This document shows positions 1 to 15,506 of a stretch of 64,000 nucleotides of DNA, in pieces. Numbering within the stretch: the first letter of the stretch is position 1; each line of letters starts with the position of its first letter. The position numbers and the translations under genes were made by a program. The stretch is taken from the NCBI RefSeq assembly GCF_009914755.1, contig NC_060928.1; one strand, 5' to 3'. The DNA comes from the human T2T-CHM13v2.0 reference genome, Homo sapiens. The notes under the pieces were generated by a model. It made no database searches, was not told the origin of the DNA, and saw nothing but the letters and a program-made list of their open reading frames with translations.

Positions 1-244
1 GAGTGCAATGGCGTGAATCTTGGCTCACTGCAGCCTCTGCTTCTCGGGTTCAACTGATTCTCATACCTCAGCCTCCTGAGTAGCTGGGACTACAGGTGTG
101 TGCCACTGCACCCAGGTAATTTTTGTATTTTTTGTAGAGATGGGGTTTCACCATGTAGGTCTTGAATTCCTGATCTCAAGTGATCTGCCTCCCTTGGCCT
201 TCCAAAGTGCTGGGATTACTGGCATGAGCTACCCGTGCCTGGCC
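1..244 (-). mobile_element. Alu (old J/S type), cut by the window edge
   Basis: Antisense Alu motifs cctcagcctcctgagtagctgggactacagg and caaagtgctgggatta. Confidence 0.95.
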
Positions 245-2297
245 AAAATCATGCTTCTTACTAAAGCTTGTTAGGTGTTAGGCCATCGTAATAATTAGGT
301 TTATCCATCTATTTGATCTAAACAGATATGAATATATTTACCAAGGTTACTGGTTTATTGACAATAGTGAAGATAAACTGTGTTATGGAAAATAAATACA
401 GAGCCATGTATTAAAATAATAAAGTCCTACATAAATTCTAACAAGAATGGTAAACAACAGACTCCAGTTCAACCCGAGACACATAAATTAGTAATCTAAA
501 TATTTAAGAAACTGAGAAAAATAAGAAATTTTCCTCTTCCTCTGTTCTGTGTTATAAATAGAAATGCAGTGAAAGTGATAAAAAAAATTTGGAACATAAG
601 GATTCCAAAACATAGCATCAAAACTGAGTTTATTTTCTTCCTATCTCATTTCATTGGATAATTCTGTATCATATTTGTTTTTTTCCCTAACAGCTGTATT
701 TTATGATCATGTTCATTGTCATCATCACCAAATGGAAAGATAACTAAGTGTTCTTAAGTTCTAGGTGAAGGGAGGCCACTGTCAAAGTAAACAGAGTTGG
801 TCCCAGTTGTCTAAAACCTCACATGGTCAAGAGTGACTGAAACGTTTTCTTCGTGCACTCTAATACATAATAATGATCCTTCCAGGACTGGTTGATATGA
901 TAGAAGTCATAGCACAGCCAGTTCAATAAATTTCCATGGTGTGGATCACCACTCCACAAATCTAGAAAAATAGGTAAAATAATTTGACTATTTTGATAGC
1001 TGTGATGACCTCATAGAGTGGTGCCATAAATCTGTTTGTGAGCACACAATGTGAGGTAGAAACATCAGGGTTTGTTGTTGTTGTTGTTGGAGGTGTTGTA
1101 GAGCAGAAAATAATGGCTTCAAAGTTAGAAGACCCAGCTCTTTGTCCTATTTTTGTCACTAGCTAACTGTGTGACTTTGGCCAAGTCACTTAAACACTGT
1201 GGCCCTCTGTCCCCTTATTAATAACATAAGGTATGTAAAGTAATGTCATCTCTAGCTTTATCAGCTCATGATTTTCATCCATGCACAAAAGAATAGGGAG
1301 ACAATGTGCTTTGAGACCTGAATAATCTAAAAAAAGCAAATCAAGGGCTAATTACCTCACTGAAGACTGCATGGATATGACATGTGCTTTTGCCTTTCTG
1401 TTCTCCTGAGGGCTTTGTACTTTCTTCTAGAGCAGTTTCAGGGACAATTTTAGTCCTCACTCTTTAGGAGACAGAAGCATCTCTGCCTGAACTCTCCCTT
1501 GGTGGCTGAGACTTGGCAAACTCCTTTCCTTTCTGTTTCTCTTTGTGAAGTTCATGTTTATTTTAAATTTCATTACTTCTTTTATTCCAACATAGTTTAA
1601 ATATCAATATGCAATGCGTGCAAAAGAAATCAAAGGCACATGGGCCATGTACATGTAAATATTAGGAAAAGTTATTCTCAGGGAGAGAGAAATCTTTCAG
1701 GAAAACTTTACTGAATGTCATTACCAGGCCTCAAATAAAAACAAAGCAAATCAAAACAGATCTGGTTTCCCTGGATTAGCCTCAAAGGCAATATTGTTTA
1801 TGAAAACCAAAAAAGATCCCTACTTAGTTTATCTGATCTGTCCATATTTGAATAAGCTACCATCTATTGGGAGTTCTGTGTTTTTCAAGTCACAGACCCA
1901 GTCCTTGTGTCTGAGATGAGATGTCCTAGCAGATAGTGAGACAATATTCCAAGACATCACAAAAGACAGGGATACCTGCCATGGCCATGGCAGGAACACC
2001 GCTTGCTGTTTGCCTTGCCATCCTGCAGGGTTTTCATAAGTATGGTAAGAATCAGTGAATGGCAGCAGAAGTGGCACCTCTAGGGAATGAGGGGATACTT
2101 GGCCTTCTGGTGGGGACAGGAGAACTGTCCATAGTGCACACTGGTATTCAGGATCAGGAGTCTGTCATGAATCTGGCCTCCCAACTCAAAGGTCAAGAAG
2201 AGGTCACAAGATAGTAGGTCATTAGATAGGCAGAATGGAGATGAATCCTTAGCATTCTCTGGGAAGCCCCTTAAGGTGAGGAATCTTAAACTAGACA

Positions 2298-4026
<1,729 letters not shown>

Positions 4027-5649
4027 TATTAGGAAGGTCTTAACATGACAGCCTTGCTTCTAAAGCCGGAAAGGGCCAGCGCTCAGTGTTGAATGGTCAA
4101 GAGTTGCTCATTTTATGGCTATGACTGAGGCAAAGACTGGCAACCCGCCCCTGGGTTAGGTCTCTGCACCTCAATGCCATTGAGGTGGCTTCGTCTGGTG
4201 GAAAACACTTTGACTTGAAATCATCAATCTGGCTGCATGCCCTTGAAAAGAAAATCATTTTATATTTCTCTCTCCCAAATTCATTCTATCAACTGTTCCT
4301 TTAACTTCTAAAAACTGTAATTCTAGGATCAGGCAATCAGCATTCTCAAATACTTGAGTGAAATGACAGCCAGGTGTCTTCTGCCTCCCAGTTCCCATGA
4401 CTGTGGTTTCCTCTCTGCAACCCTCTGGTACACGGGTTCTCAGGGCTGAGTTGAGAGGTGTCCAGGCTACACGGTGTAGAAGTCCACACACTGGTGGCAT
4501 CGATGGGCTATTTTCTTAAAGTACTCATCCAGGGGCATGATCAGGGCTGGTGAGGAGAGAGAGGTCTGTCATGGTATTCAAAAGTCATCATGACATGTGT
4601 TAAATGGACAGTAAAATATTTTTTGTAATCATTATAGGGCCTTTCTTTCTTTGACAAGTGGGTTGTGGTTTGCAACTTCTCTTTCCATGCCATCAGGGCT
4701 TCTACCAGTGCCCTGCTATTTTAACAGGTGAAGAGTCTGATATAAAAGGTTTCCTTCACCTGAAAACCATTCCCTCAGCTTCCTCTCCCAACCTGGCCTG
4801 CCTTGCTCGACCACTGTTCCCATTTTTATGATAAATCTGGCTCCTAACTCCACATGGTCCTATGTACTTAATACCCTGGGTTATCCTCTTGCCTTATAAC
4901 CCTGGCCTGCTTAAGACTCTGATTCTACTTCGCACCAAAACCATTGTTAGATATAAACCCTACTCACTTTTATGTGGTCCCAGCTCCTAAAACCCCAACC
5001 TTGACCCCCATCTAGCTGCCTGGGGGTGTGACATTTATGTCTGATTATGTTAAAGAGTATTGTGGGCTTGGTCAGAGATAAGATTCCACTGGGCTGGAAT
5101 ATGACATTAGGAAATTGGCTCCCTAAATGTGCTGTGTGTGCTCTGAGTAGAGCCGCATCCTAATCCACATGCTCCTAAGTGTCACAGGGCTTGAATGGGA
5201 ATGAATCCATTCACCTCCCTGAGCTCTGTGCAGAGAGAGCTTGAAACAATTAGTCACTGGACTCAGGCACATATAGGCCATCTGACAGACCAAGGTCTCC
5301 AAAGGAAAATGGTCTCAAGAAAAAATGATAGGGCTACCAGGAAAAACAAGCATCGCGAGTGAAGAGGGTGGCTGTGGAACAGTTAACCTCGAACAGGGAA
5401 GCAATGGCTCCACATGGCGTGTGAGGCTGTCCTTGGTCTTTGCAAATCAGCCTCCTTGTTTCAACTCCCTCAGAGTGTCATTGTGCACTGGGAAGGCAAG
5501 GTGTAAGGCAAGGAGAGAAAAATTCCAGATAGTGGTAAGAATTGGGAAGGAAAGAAACTAACATAAAATGATATGATTGCGGGAGAGAGGCTGGGGTAGA
5601 GGTGAGGCCGTATTAGAGTATCTCAGGCTCAGGCTACAGAGCTCTTCTG

Positions 5650-5960
5650 CAATACCCTCTCCCCAAGTGAGCTCATCCTGTCCTGACAATTTTAGTGTCA
5701 TCTGTATTCTGATGATCCCCCACATTGGTACCCCCATTCCTGTCTTCTTTCCTGAGCTCCAGACATACACATCAAAATACCTACCTGGCATCTCTGCTTC
5801 AATATCTAAAAGGCTTCTAAATTTAACATTGTCAAATCCAAATTCTTGATACTCTAGCCCTTTGGTTCTCTTCTTTTTCCATCTTTCCTGTTCCAGTAAA
5901 TGCCATGAGAGTTGACCTAAATGTGTCCTTGATTCCTTTCTTTCTCTCACACATATGGTA
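5650..5960 (+). mobile_element. L2 fragment
   Basis: Motifs ctgagctccagac, atatctaaaaggcttctaaatttaacat and tccttgattcctttctttctctcac are typical of the L2 3' region. Confidence 0.6.
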
Positions 5961-6031
5961 ACCATAGAACTCACCATCCAAACTGGAACAATTCTGACAG
6001 TAAATTGGGGAGTTATTAATAATTAGGCTGT

Positions 6032-6432
6032 GTGATACTGTGATATATAATAAGGACTATCTATATTTTGGTCTTCATTCCAGCTCCCAGCTAGAACTCC
6101 TAAAATGCTTGTAATTTCCTAAGTGATGGGAGTGATAAAGGTAAATGGGTAGTTTTTATAATTCATAAGAAACACTTTTCAACCATACCTGAGTTTATGT
6201 TAATGAGGTAACTTTGGAAAGCTTCTAAGAAAAAGGTCTGGTTGCATAGAGAACCAATCCTGTGATTAGAGGGTTGGAATTTTCAGATTCCCTCACTCCT
6301 ACCCCTGCCCTCTAGGGAGGGAAGAGGGGCTTGAAGGCTGAGTTGATCAACAATGGCCAATAATTTAATCAATCATGCCTACATGATGAAACCTCAATAA
6401 AAACCCCAAAGGATAGGGTCCAGAGAGCTTTT
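6032..6432 (+). mobile_element. MER21C-like LTR fragment
   Basis: Starts tgtgatactgtgatatataataag...; contains gtgattagagggttggaa and ccaataatttaatcaatcatgcctac. Confidence 0.75.
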
Positions 6433-6639
6433 CCCTGACTCTTGAGTAAAGATGGAAGATTCCATTTTGTTTCAAAGTGTGTCAATAGAGCTAAAAAGGC
6501 CATATGTAGACTAAACTATATGTAAGGTATGTAAGAATTGAGATATTTACTATTTGCGCAGGTGTGGGGGGAAGGTGGGGAATATATTTTCCAAGAATTG
6601 CTTTATCCACTAAACGTGACCCATTTAACAACCCTCTAA

Positions 6640-6830
6640 TAATATGTCACGCATATTTTCTCATTCAACCCTCACATCAAGCCTACGGGGCTGGCTTTAC
6701 ATGTGGGGAAGCCTGGGCATAGAAAGGTGAAGTAACTTGTGCAAAGTCACACCACTAGGAATTATCAAAGCAAAGATTTGAATCGAGACCCATCTGACTC
6801 CAAAGTTGGTATCTTTAGCTATTACCCTAT
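6640..6830 (-). mobile_element. MIR
   Basis: MIR core aggtgaagtaacttg...aaagtcacac...gatttgaa...tctgactccaaag. Confidence 0.65.
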
Positions 6831-7788
6831 ACCAGATTTAACTTGGTTAAATCTTTAGGAAACATGGCACACCAGCCAAATCTTCTCTCCATTTTTAGTT
6901 GTAGCCCTTATTCTCCATGTTACCATCTAAAAGACCTTGCTGGGAGGCTTATAATGTGAAGAACATTTAGCAAATATTACTTCATGGGAAACTGAATTGA
7001 AATGATCTTCTCCAGGTACATGTGACATGAAAGTGGCCATGATTATGTAAGATGCTGGTGACTTTCTTTTAATTGTGATCTGCACAAAGCCAAGCAGAGA
7101 CTGAGGTGCTCATCTGGCTAATTCAAGGTCAGTCTCTCTTTCATATACCTGAATGGCTGGATACTTCGACAATGTAAAATAAATGGCTTTGATGTTCCAT
7201 TTCAGGCTGTGAGCCTTCATCTAACCTGAAAGTCACTCTTTCTGAAGGACAATAATGCTTTAATAAAAATAAATGGTTTAAGTTAACCTGATGCTTATTA
7301 TAGCTATGACCTGTACAGCTATAACTTTCTGTTGAATGGAGTGGAACACTGGCCATTAAAGCAGAAATATTTTTCTAAGGGAAATTATATGTTATTCCAT
7401 CCATCAAAGGGCTAAAGTATAGTGTCCATTTGATCAGGAAGGAGTGTTAACTTTTAACATGATCACAATTCACTGAGTGACCCTATGGTAGCATCCTACA
7501 ATTCAAGGAAAGTTAACAAACTTGGAGGAGAATAAAAATTTAAACCCCATGAACCACTTTCATACCACTACCTTTCAATTTGTTTTTCATATACCTCACA
7601 GTATGCATGTGTCTAGATAAACATGCAAGCTAGATCTACCTGCAGAAAGTAACATAATGATTGAAGTCATTACTCAACTAATTCAAGCTTAAGATTTCAT
7701 CCATATCTCTACTGCCTAATAATTGCTTAAATTATCACAGGCCCAAAAATACAGGGATGCCATTTCTAATATCATCGTCTGATTAACA

Positions 7789-7820
<32 letters not shown>

Positions 7821-7866
7821 CTACTCTCTCTCTCTCTACACACACGCGCGCACACACACACACACG
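7789..7866. repeat. Compound (CT)n(CA)n microsatellite
   Basis: Read directly from the sequence. Confidence 0.95.
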
Positions 7867-7984
7867 TATATATGAATACATATGAAGAAACACATATAGT
7901 TTACATTTTTATTGTGTTTAGATAATGATTATACTGTTTTCTAAGAAGAGTTTGCAAACTTTTCTCCATTTTCTTCAGTCTAGA

Positions 7985-8100
7985 GCTGTGGTCACTAGCT
8001 ATGTGTGGCTATTTAAATTTAAGTTAATTTTAATAAAATAAACTTTAAAATTCTGTTCCTCAGTTACTAGCCACATTTCATGTGGCCACCATATGGCAGT
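7985..8100. mobile_element. MER3-like hAT MITE fragment
   Basis: cactagctatgtgtggctatttaaattt...ttcctcagttactagccacatttca. Confidence 0.65.
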
Positions 8101-8250
8101 GCATATGTGCATATATAAGACATATATATATACACACACATATATAATGAAGATGTGTATATATATATTTCTTCATATGTATTCATATATACGTATATGA
8201 TATATATGTTATATGTATATCTCACACACACACACACATATATATATATA
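8101..8250. repeat. (TA)/(CA) low-complexity tract
   Basis: Read directly from the sequence. Confidence 0.9.
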
Positions 8251-9099
8251 AAAGTTTCTCACATGTAGCCCCATATGAACCAACTGAAGCATATTAGTTC
8301 TACATCTCATTTTCATTGCCTTGTGTTTGGGATTCTATCCATTTAAATTCCAGAATATTTAATGAAAGTGGCAAAATTGAATTTGTAAGCAGTCATCAAA
8401 GAATCTATATGATAATAATAAAGGATACCATTCATTGAGTGCTGACTGAATGATTAGTGCCAGGCTCAGCGGCTTTAAAAGTAATACACATTAATCCATT
8501 TAATCCTCACTGTGACCGTAAGAGAAAGGTACATTCCATTTAGTTTAGAAAAACAATGAATAAAGAAATTAAGTAAGTTTCCCATTTTGGGTAAGCAGTG
8601 GCACTTCACTACTATGTGGCCATAAAAATCATGTTTTTGAAAATTATTTAATGATAGAGGGACATACTATTCAATAAAAAGCAGAACATAAAACATACAT
8701 GGATATGTTTGTGTCTTCTGCATATATAGATACACATATAATGAAAATTTACTCAATATATATAGATAGAATTAAAAATACCTGAAAGGTAATATACTCA
8801 CATGTTGACAATTTAGTGGGATAGTGGGTAACTTGTCTTTTTCAGAATTTTTCTATGATTGTGAAATTTACTAAAATAGCATGTATCATTTTGAGAATCA
8901 GATATAAGCAATAAAAATGTTTTTAAACATTGTCCCAGAAGCTACAGAAAATTTAAGCAGAGAATTTGCGATAAAATTAATAGAAAAGGAAGAGATGTCT
9001 CCTAAAACATTCCCAAACTTAGACCTCATTAACTTACAGAAAATTTCTACCAATACTTTAAGAATCAGCTAATTCCAGTGCTATTTAAAATGCTCGAGT

Positions 9100-9280
9100 G
9101 CAGTGTTACCCAATAAGACTTTCTGTAGTGATAAAAATGTCCTATACATGCACTGCCATATGGTGGCCACATGAAATATGGCTAGTAACTGAGGAACAGA
9201 ATTTTGAAGTTTATTTTATTACAATTAATTTAAATAGCCACACATGGCTAGTGACTACCATGTTGGACACCACAGCTCTA
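9100..9280. mobile_element. MER3-like MITE, opposite orientation to the 7985 copy
   Basis: ccaataagactttctgtagtgat...ggctagtaactgaggaac...aaatagccacacatggctagtg. Confidence 0.7.
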
Positions 9281-10919
9281 GATCACAGAAAATGGAGAAA
9301 AGTTTGCAAGTTTGCAAATTCTTCTTAGAAGACAGTATAATCATTATCTAAACATAATAAAAATGTAAACTATGAACAGATTTCATATATGAATATAATG
9401 GCAAACAAATAATAAATAAAACACTAGCAAATATAATCTCACACACATTAGAGGAATAGTATATAGCAGAAATTCAGGATGGTTCATAATGGAAATCCAT
9501 TAATATCATCCATTTATTTTAATAGATCTAAAGAGAAAACTTAGACTATGGCCATTGGAAAGACATTGGTTAAAATCAAACATCCATTCTTGATTAAAAA
9601 ATTCTTAATAAGATAGAACTAAGTTGACACTTCTGACATTATATATTTTATAACATGATAAAATATATATCTCAATCTAGAAGACTACACGGGAAAATAA
9701 TAAAATGAAGAAATGATAAAAACAATCCCATTAAATTGAGGATGTTCCCATTAAATACACAATGAAGAGAAATATGTTCACTGTAACCATGATTACTTTA
9801 GTTTATTCTGGAGATTCCAACCAATGAAATGAGATAACAGAAAAAACAGGATGTCTAACATTTGAAAGCAGTAAGTTATCCCTGACTGTAAACATTATTA
9901 ATATAGTTCTGCAACACTAATATAAATAATCACAAATACTACAAAGTAGTGGCTAAGGGCATGGACTCTGGAGTTCTGCTGCTGGTTCAATTGCTGGCTC
10001 TATTAGTAACCAGCTGTGTGACCTTGGGCAAATTACTTAAACTCTCTGTGCTTACTTCCAACTCTGTAAAACGGGGACAATAAAATTGTTTATTATGGGG
10101 CTAGTATCTATTAAGGTGAAAGTAGGTAAATAGAGCGAGAGAGCTCTTAGAACATGCCTGCAGCATATAATAAATGTTATACATTATTATAATTAGGGTT
10201 ATAACAATGAGGCTGTTAATAATATACAAAATATACAACAATCCAAAATTTCCAATATGAAAAAATGAATTTAAATTATAATGGCAACGTAATGATTAAA
10301 TACCTAGAACTAACTGAAGAAAAGTGTACAAGATTAATAAATGCTGAAAAGTGCTACTGGGAATAAAAAGAAGAGTTGAATAAGGCGAAAACTTATTACA
10401 TTTGAATGGGAAGATTAAACATCATAAAGTTACAAATTTCCCCTAAATTATCCTATAAGTTTAAAAACTCATATAATGATTCTAAATTCATACAAAAATA
10501 AACATGAAAAGAGTAAAAATAGAGCAATAAAGAAAACAGCATGAACAGCCGTGAGACATTATAATTCTAGAGTACTAAAAACAAGATGGTGCTGGAGTAT
10601 GAATGGAGACCTAGATTCATGGTATGGTTTAGAGAGCACAGAAATAGAAGCAAGTATATATGGGTATTTAATATATGTTAAATGGGGATACTGCATATGA
10701 GGGGGGGAGAGATTAATTATTCAATAAATGCCAGTTATAAAAATGGTAGGCCATCTGAAAAAAAATAATGTCGGCTCTCTACTTCATTCATTACACTGAA
10801 ATAAGTTATCTAGAGATTAAAGATTTAATGAGAAAAAAGAAATTTGAAAAGTAGAGGGTGAAAACATGAATGCTTTTCAGTAATCTTGGTCTATAGAAAA
10901 TCTTATTATGGAATGGAAA

Positions 10920-11790
10920 TGCTAAAACCACTATGAGATCACACCTCACACCTGTTAGGACGTCTATCATGCAGAAAACAAGAGCTAACAAGTGTTGGTG
11001 AGGGTATGGAGAAAAAGGAATCCTAGTACACTGTTGGTGGGAATGTAGATGGGCACAGCCATTAGGGGAAACGGTACAGAGGTTCCTAAAGAAATAAAAA
11101 ACAGAACTACCATTGAAGATTTACCAATCCCTCTTCTGGGTATATATCCAAGGGAGATAAAACCACCACCTTGGAAAGATATCTGCACCCCCATGTTAAT
11201 TGTGACATTATTCACGACAGCGAAGATAGGGAAGCAACCTAAGTGTCCATGTGTCCACTGAAGGACGAATGGATAAAGAAAATGTATATACATACACACA
11301 TACAATGGATTATTATTGTTTATTCTCAACAAGGGATATCCTGACATTTGCCACAACATAGATGGGCCTGGAGGACATCGTGTTAAGTGAAATCAGCCAG
11401 ACATAGAAAGAAAAATACTGATCTCACCTATATATGGAATATAATTTTTTAAGAAAGGTCAAATGTCCAGAGATAGAGAATAAACAAGCGGTTACCGGAG
11501 TGGGGGAGTGGAGAGAAAATGGGGAGATTTAGGTCAAAGGATACAAAGTAGCAGAATGTATGATGAGCAAGTCTAGAGATCTAATGTAAAATGACTACAG
11601 CTAAAAAACTGTATTGTATTAGAAATTTCTGTTAAATAAGTAGATTTTACCTGCTCTTGTCATCAAAAAACTATGTGAGACAATAGATATGTCAATTTGC
11701 TTTACTATATTAACCATTTTACTGTCTGTATGACTCCCCAAACACCATACTGTAAACTTCAACTATACACAATAAAATTTATTTTTTTAA
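10920..11790 (+). mobile_element. L1MA/MB 3' end
   Basis: ORF 11049-11261 resembles the ORF2p C-terminus ([13 protein letters not shown]...DICTPM); ends aataaaatttatttt. Confidence 0.8.
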
Positions 11791-11803
11791 AAAAGATTAA
11801 TAC

Positions 11804-12103
11804 ACCAGGTGTAGTGGCTCACGCCTGTAATCCCAGCACTTTGGGAGGCCGAGGTGGGAAGATTACTTGAGGTCAGGAGTTTGAGACTAGCCTGGCCAAC
11901 ATAGTGAAAACCCACCTCTACTGAAAAAACAAAACAAAAATTAGCCAGGTGTGGTGGTGTATGCCTGTAATCCTAGCTACTTGGGAGGCCAAGGCACGAG
12001 AATCTCTTGAACCCAGGAGGTGAAGGTTGCAATGAGCCAAGATTTTGCCACTGGACTCCACCCTGGGTGACACAGTGAGCGAGACTCCATCTCAAGAAAA
12101 AAA
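11804..12103 (+). mobile_element. AluS-type element
   Basis: Full dimer with A tail; TSD-like aaaagattaata / aaaagataata. Confidence 0.95.
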
Positions 12104-13366
12104 GATAATAAATGTAGCTCTGTAAAAACCAAAAATTTCTGCATGGCAAGACCATGGATAAAATAAAAGACAATGACAAGCTGAGGGGTGGTGAGGTGAA
12201 TCCTATCCTACAAAAAAGGGTTAATTTCCTTGACTAATAAAGAGTTTATACACATTAATAAGAAAATGACAACTCAATTGAAAAGAAGTCAAATAATAAA
12301 AGTAGTTACTTCACCAAAAATATTCACTTTTTCTATTGTACTTGAAAAGATGTTCAATGTTACTTGTAATAAGAAAAATGTGGTACCATTTTTAACTTAC
12401 CAAATCACTAACAATAAAAAAAAGTTATAATATTCTTTTGGTAAGGATATGGGGAAACAGTAATTTTCATATATAGTTTGTTAAAGTGTAAATTGGTTCA
12501 ACATTTTTTGGCAGACAATGTGGCAGTATCTATCATAGTCTAAAATGTATATGCCATTGCCCTGGCAACTAAACTTCCAGGATTTTACCTTGTAGATATA
12601 CTTACAAATGTACTAAGTGTCATGTGTACATGTTCTGTTAAGAAGAGAAAACATGTCCGTTAATAGGTGCTGGTTAAATAGACGTGACACATACAGACAA
12701 TGGAATGCTATGCAGTCATTAGAAGTGAGACGGAAGCTTGGCTTATGTATTGATGTAAATTAATCTGCAAGATGAAGTGAGAGAGAAGCGTACAGAGTTA
12801 AGTGTGCTATCATTTGTTGTTGTTTTTGAAATATATGGGCATATGTGTTTATAAGTGCATAGAATATCCCTGGAAGATATTCCAGGAAGAGGAACTGGGT
12901 AGCTGAGAGACACACATGGGAAGGCAATTACTTTTCATTATACGCCATGTGATACTTTTTGCATTTTGTACCATGGGTATACATGATATGTTTAATTGCT
13001 ATTTAAAATAGCTTTTGGTTTTTATCTCCTTTTTTTTCTTCTGTTCACAAGGAGAAAATCTTGGCTCTTTCCAAATTATCTTCACACTATTAGCACTTCC
13101 TTTTGTTCCCCTCATTATGTGGATAAACAAATGTCAAAAACATAAGCAATGGGAATGTAGGACAAATCACCTCCATTTTACATAAAAACACAGTAAAACA
13201 TCAAAATAGATATATTTGGATAATATCTGAAAAATGATACAGCAAATGTTAACAGTGTTTATCTTGAGTGGGGATATTTTGGTTTTGGCTTGGTATTTTC
13301 TGTCATGTTCAAAGATGTTTAATAACATTTTTGTAACAATTTTTAAAAGTTTTTTAACTTTTTGCT

Positions 13367-13372
13367 ACTCAC
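13367..13372 (-). promoter_or_regulatory. 5' splice donor of the RNF150 exon
   Basis: Minus strand CAG|gtgagt, a consensus donor. Confidence 0.9.
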
Positions 13373-13623
13373 CTGGTTCCTATCCCTGGCATTTGCATAT
13401 CGAAACCTCTGGATGTAATAAAAGACGAGCCATGCGAGGGAAATGATCATCAGGACAATGAAGGAGATGGAGACAAACACAACCGAAGTGCGGCTCACAT
13501 ATTTCTGCAAGTTCCGGGTTCCGATGGTGATGTACATTGTCACGGTGATGTTTCTTTCCAGCAGGCTTACTATCTCCTTCCCTTTTGGCTCAGGAATCAT
13601 TATGGCCACGATGTCTTCTACAC
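13373..13623 (-). CDS. RNF150: Internal coding exon (probably exon 2) of RING finger protein 150: end of PA domain, transmembrane helix and juxtamembrane segment
   Basis: Translation (G)[83 protein letters not shown] is recognised as RNF150. Bounded on the minus strand by a pyrimidine tract plus accacag|GT and by CAG|gtgagt. 251 nt, phase 1 to phase 0. Confidence 0.95.
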
Positions 13624-13650
13624 CTGTGGTAAGAGGGGAAGGAAGGGGCA
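13624..13650 (-). promoter_or_regulatory. 3' splice acceptor and polypyrimidine tract of the RNF150 exon
   Basis: Minus strand reads tgccccttccttcccctcttaccacag|G. Confidence 0.9.
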
Positions 13651-15506
13651 ATAAAGGTTAGGGGATAAGATATGGGGGATCCCAGTGAGATGTGTGGACA
13701 CAGTAACACGAAACCAAATAAGGACAGTACTTTTGAGAATTCTGTGCTGGGCTAAGAAGACCTAATACTTAGAAACCAAGTCAAATTTTCTCTTTCTTCA
13801 GCTACCTAGCTTTCTTCAGCTGCTGTTTTATATGTGAAAAAAGAACCTAAAATGCATTCATGATTTTAGTACCAGTGAAGTCATAATCTTGCGATGCCCT
13901 TTTCAACTCTCCAAAGCATTGACTCCAGGTCTGGTAAAGGTGGACCCTTCCCAACCAGCCCAGTTTACAGTTCTATGTTGCATTCCATAGATCCCCTGAG
14001 GAAGGGAATGGGACTTTGCATTCCATGGCAAAAGGGTAAAATGTCCTGTCTTATGCCACCTGAGAGCTCTCTCTCCCCCACACAAACACTATGAATATTC
14101 AACTATAGATCTCTCTATATTATTTCCAAGGCAATTTTCTCCTATAGTGAGTACTCAAGCAACCAAAAAAGAACATTAAGAAGCTCTAATATGATTTGCC
14201 AACATGAAATTATGGTCCCAGAACTATTTTCTGCTTATTTTACCTAATTCAATGGAAACAGCATGTTTCCACTGAACCATGTACCAAGCAAAGAGAAGTA
14301 TGGTGCAATGTTTCCATTGAACCACAAGGCACATACCAAGCAAGGAGAAGATGGAAGCAGTACAGATAATTCCAGGATTGTTTCACTTCCACTCTTAGAT
14401 ACTCCCACCACGGCTGCTCCAGTTATTAGACAGCTTGGAGCAAAAGTACCATTTTTTCTTGGGCCACTTTTATATATATGGGTCATTGTCCTTACGCATC
14501 ATGACACTGTGTGAAGTGAAGCCTCTTGGTGAGGAGTTCTGGGGCCCCTACAAGGAGTTCTTCAGTAATATCATACCAGATTCAAATATTAATATTAATT
14601 AATATTAATATTTATATTAATTTCATTAGGGTATGTTTGCAGGAATCACCCCAATTCAAATCCAGGGAGAAAGATGCAAGATGATTAGGGCACAGAGGCC
14701 TCGCATCCACATGGAAATATCCCATTACCTAGAGTGACTACAAATTAAAGGGAGGAAATTTGCAACAAGGATGTTGTAGATTCAGGGCAAAATTAAACTC
14801 CACTACAGCTGCTTAACGCTGGCTGTATTCACATGTTGAGGTCAGTTAGATGGAACTACCAGGTTACATTTGCTCAGGCTGTTGCAAGTTTCTTAGAATA
14901 TTACTTAGGGCTTTCCTTTGACCTTGATCTCTGTGCAGGTTTTCAACCTTAAATTCCTTGATGGTGTTTCACTTAGGCTGAACAACTACTTTAAAACTAC
15001 ATATTAAAGTGTCTGTGTATGCTACATCAATTATATATTTAAAAGATTTCTGAAATTTTGCAAATCCAATTGTAAAATCATAAAGCCATAGTGTGGGTTT
15101 GGCTGTTATTTCTGGGAATAACTGAAACTGGTGGCTCGATTTTCAACTCTGAAGAATTTACTGGCAATTTTGACGCGCCTTTTCTTTTCATTTTTACTTT
15201 GGTTAATGGCTGCATGTGGTCTGAGGTTGTGTGGGGGATTAAGGCTGCTGGCTGGTTTTGTCTCTAAAGAAACATGATATTCTTTGTATACTGGACTAAT
15301 CTGGCCTAGTGAGGCTCATCCTGGTGCTGCAGCTATTTAGAGTTACTGAAGTAATGGTAGAATAATAATTTTTCATTTCATTTATTCCCTTATTTATATT
15401 ATTTTGGCATGTTTACTTAAAGCTCTAGAAGTACATTTTTTTTTTTGGGACAGGATCTTGGGGTTATTTATGAGGCTTTGGATGTTCAGAAATGCACAAG
15501 TTTTAC

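Larger units (their letters stand above)
8930..12990 (+). mobile_element. Fragmented ancient L1M (L1ME-like) with nested MER3, MIR, a younger L1M 3' end and an Alu
   Basis: Degenerate ORF2-like and 3'UTR stretches (aaaacactagcaaat, attattcaataaatg, gtgtaaattggttcaac, caatggaatgctatgcagtcatt). Confidence 0.6.

Noticed and set aside
13343-13661. ORF 13343-13651 as a standalone gene, and the antisense ORF 13443-13661
   Set aside because: Homology is confined between the splice sites; the antisense ORF is a shadow of the exon.
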